NCBI GenBank assembly: GCA_002104905.1
Contig: MCFE01000009.1
Location: forward strand, 124,001-188,000
Length of the DNA: 64,000 bases
Source of the DNA: Basidiobolus meristosporus CBS 931.73
Lineage: Eukaryota; Fungi; Basidiobolomycota
Direction: 5' to 3'
In this document: positions 62,441-64,000 of the stretch, in pieces
How the letters are laid out: the number at the start of each line of letters is the position of its first letter
Numbering within the stretch: the stretch's first letter is position 1
The notes under the pieces: model-generated
What the model saw: the letters and a program-made list of their open reading frames with translations, nothing else
Told to the model about the DNA's origin: nothing
Database searches by the model: none
Made by a program: the position numbers and the translations under genes

Positions 62441-63523
62441 TTACAATACTTTGTTGGTATTAGTGTTATAGTTGATGGTACGAGTCGCGCCGTTGTACTG
62501 TTCATCACCATATGCTCTCTGAGATGCACCATTCAACTCCATGGATGGGTTGCCAGCGGCGTACCCAACATTCTCCTTGACCGCTCCAGATGCCGCATTC
62601 GCTGATCCTGCAACTCGTCCTGGTTGTTGTTTGGCTGCGTGTTCCTGGAAGTGGCCCTCATTGCGCTGTCCTGCTCCTCTGGCCTCGAGGGATGGGTTGT
62701 TGAGAGCGCTTCCTACATTCTCCTTCATGGCTCCCATTGCTTGATCCTTCTTTCCAGACATGGTGGATGCATTCCCATTCCCATTTGTACCATTGTTGTA
62801 AGCATGATCATGAATGGAATTGAGCCCGTCTGCTGGTCCTCCGGTTGTAGCGGTAGGTGTATTATGGTGAGTAGTGTAATGAACAGGACCACTAGTATAC
62901 CCAGAGCCAGTTGCAGAAGTATCTCCAGCAATGTGACTATTCACAGGGTGTGAATGTGTGGGCCCGGTGGCTGTGTAAATGCCATGATGATGGTAGCCAG
63001 CTGCTGGAGCTCCTACTCCAGTTGCATCAGATCTACCGGTAGACGTGTCAAGGCTAGCTCCGGTAGCTACATTACTACCAACTGGTTGAACAATACCGGC
63101 ATTGTAATGTGGCCCAGTAAGATCAGTGGCTCCAGTAGTAAGATCACCACTCACTGAGTGAGGGTGTGTACCGACTGCTGTAGTATTTCCCGGGCGATGA
63201 GTGCCAGCCAACCCAGCTCCAGTGGTGTCAGTGGGATCATTTACTCTTCCAGCGTTGTGTTCGACATTCCCGTGGTGACGCTCAGCTTGGCCTTGAGCAG
63301 CCATGTGTGGGTTGTGAGTGGCCTCGCCAACATTCTGTTTGGCCGCTCCTTTGGCTGAGTGAGCATTACCGTAGTTCTTTTGATCAGCTGCGACCTTTTG
63401 CTGTTCGGCCTCCAGCTGCTTCTGCTCACCTTTGGCAACCATACTCTCACTGTTGAACACTTTTCCGATTCCTTCCTGGATGTTACCGGCAACGTTTTTA
63501 GCAGTAGCAGAAATCTTTGACAT
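62441..63523 (-). CDS. CsbD/Hmp1-like hydrophilin, copy 9, 360 aa
   Basis: The long linker and tail YNGATRTINYNTNTNKVL are shared specifically with copy 3 (45824-46909). Confidence 0.8.
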   Translation of the reverse strand: MSKISATAKNVAGNIQEGIGKVFNSESMVAKGEQKQLEAEQQKVAADQKNYGNAHSAKGAAKQNVGEATHNPHMAAQGQAERHHGNVEHNAGRVNDPTDTTGAGLAGTHRPGNTTAVGTHPHSVSGDLTTGATDLTGPHYNAGIVQPVGSNVATGASLDTSTGRSDATGVGAPAAGYHHHGIYTATGPTHSHPVNSHIAGDTSATGSGYTSGPVHYTTHHNTPTATTGGPADGLNSIHDHAYNNGTNGNGNASTMSGKKDQAMGAMKENVGSALNNPSLEARGAGQRNEGHFQEHAAKQQPGRVAGSANAASGAVKENVGYAAGNPSMELNGASQRAYGDEQYNGATRTINYNTNTNKVL

Positions 63524-64000
63524 TATTAGGTTGTTCGAGGGTGGTATTGGTAGATTAGTTTTTTGTCAGGTCGGATGACGCTCTGTCTATTTTATATCAA
63601 TTTTTTGCGCAGTATTAAATCAATATAGCTAATCAAGCAACTTCCCAAACATTGACTCGCGCTAATTCTTGATATTCCTATATTATTCCTGTGCAACTCG
63701 AATATCATTAAATCATCCAGTTATGACATAAGTCTTGCTCTTAATAACACTGAAAGGTAGGGTGATAGTATTTCTATATTCGGCCTCGAGTTAGCAAATC
63801 TAATTTTTAATCATCCAATCTACTCAATATCATGTGTGATGTTCTTAACAAAAGAGACCATCGTGATATGGTCATTCAAACGTCACTGTTAGCATACAAT
63901 TGATTACAGAATGCCCAGCAATAGGAAGATTTAGTCAAATTCTGTGACTTGATGTATGCTATCCAATCCAATTTCGGACAACACGTGAAACCTCAACCAG

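Noticed and set aside
41823-63492. Many 60-260 aa antisense or alternative-frame ORFs over the hydrophilin genes (e.g. MLFGC..., MDGLP...)
   Set aside because: They are shadow ORFs that recur only because the sense genes are duplicated. Their lengths and starts vary between copies.
9748-63523. CRISPR-like or prokaryotic defence interpretation of the repeated units
   Set aside because: The repeats are whole eukaryotic genes and coding minisatellites. There is no repeat-spacer periodicity and no cas genes, and neighbouring genes are spliced.
1-64000. rRNA or tRNA genes
   Set aside because: None were recognised by eye. tRNAscan-SE or Infernal would be needed to exclude them.

Overview
This is eukaryotic, almost certainly fungal, genomic DNA with short GT-AG introns. 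The gene set looks early-diverging; a zoopagomycete such as Basidiobolus is plausible but is only my inference. The window has four zones. (1) About 1-9.1 kb is a CpG-depleted transposon graveyard. It holds a near-complete PIF/Harbinger-superfamily (PHIS) DNA transposon, a deleted derivative, MITE-like relatives, and Copia and LINE relics. (2) About 9.7-26.2 kb is a tandem array, all on the minus strand, of 11 members (3 broken) of an intronless small secreted Cys-containing protein family (core NPFTPxNYPGIIF...FC...C.ADA..Y...L..LL..L..NP...C). I cannot assign this family to any known group. (3) About 27.4-41.2 kb is a block of ordinary intron-containing genes: myosin light chain, GT34 glycosyltransferase, CFEM-like protein, DUF2009 protein, Erv46, Tma20/MCTS1, RPAIN-like, GNAT, BRD7/9-like and WBP2-like. 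(4) About 41.7-63.5 kb is an array of 9 genes plus 1 relic encoding CsbD/Hmp1-like hydrophilins. These are interleaved with 5 more members of the secreted family, which carry His-rich or Asn-rich repeat extensions. The genes form two convergent, roughly mirror-image arms with signs of gene conversion. The strongest candidate for an undescribed system is the secreted family together with its co-amplification with the hydrophilin genes.
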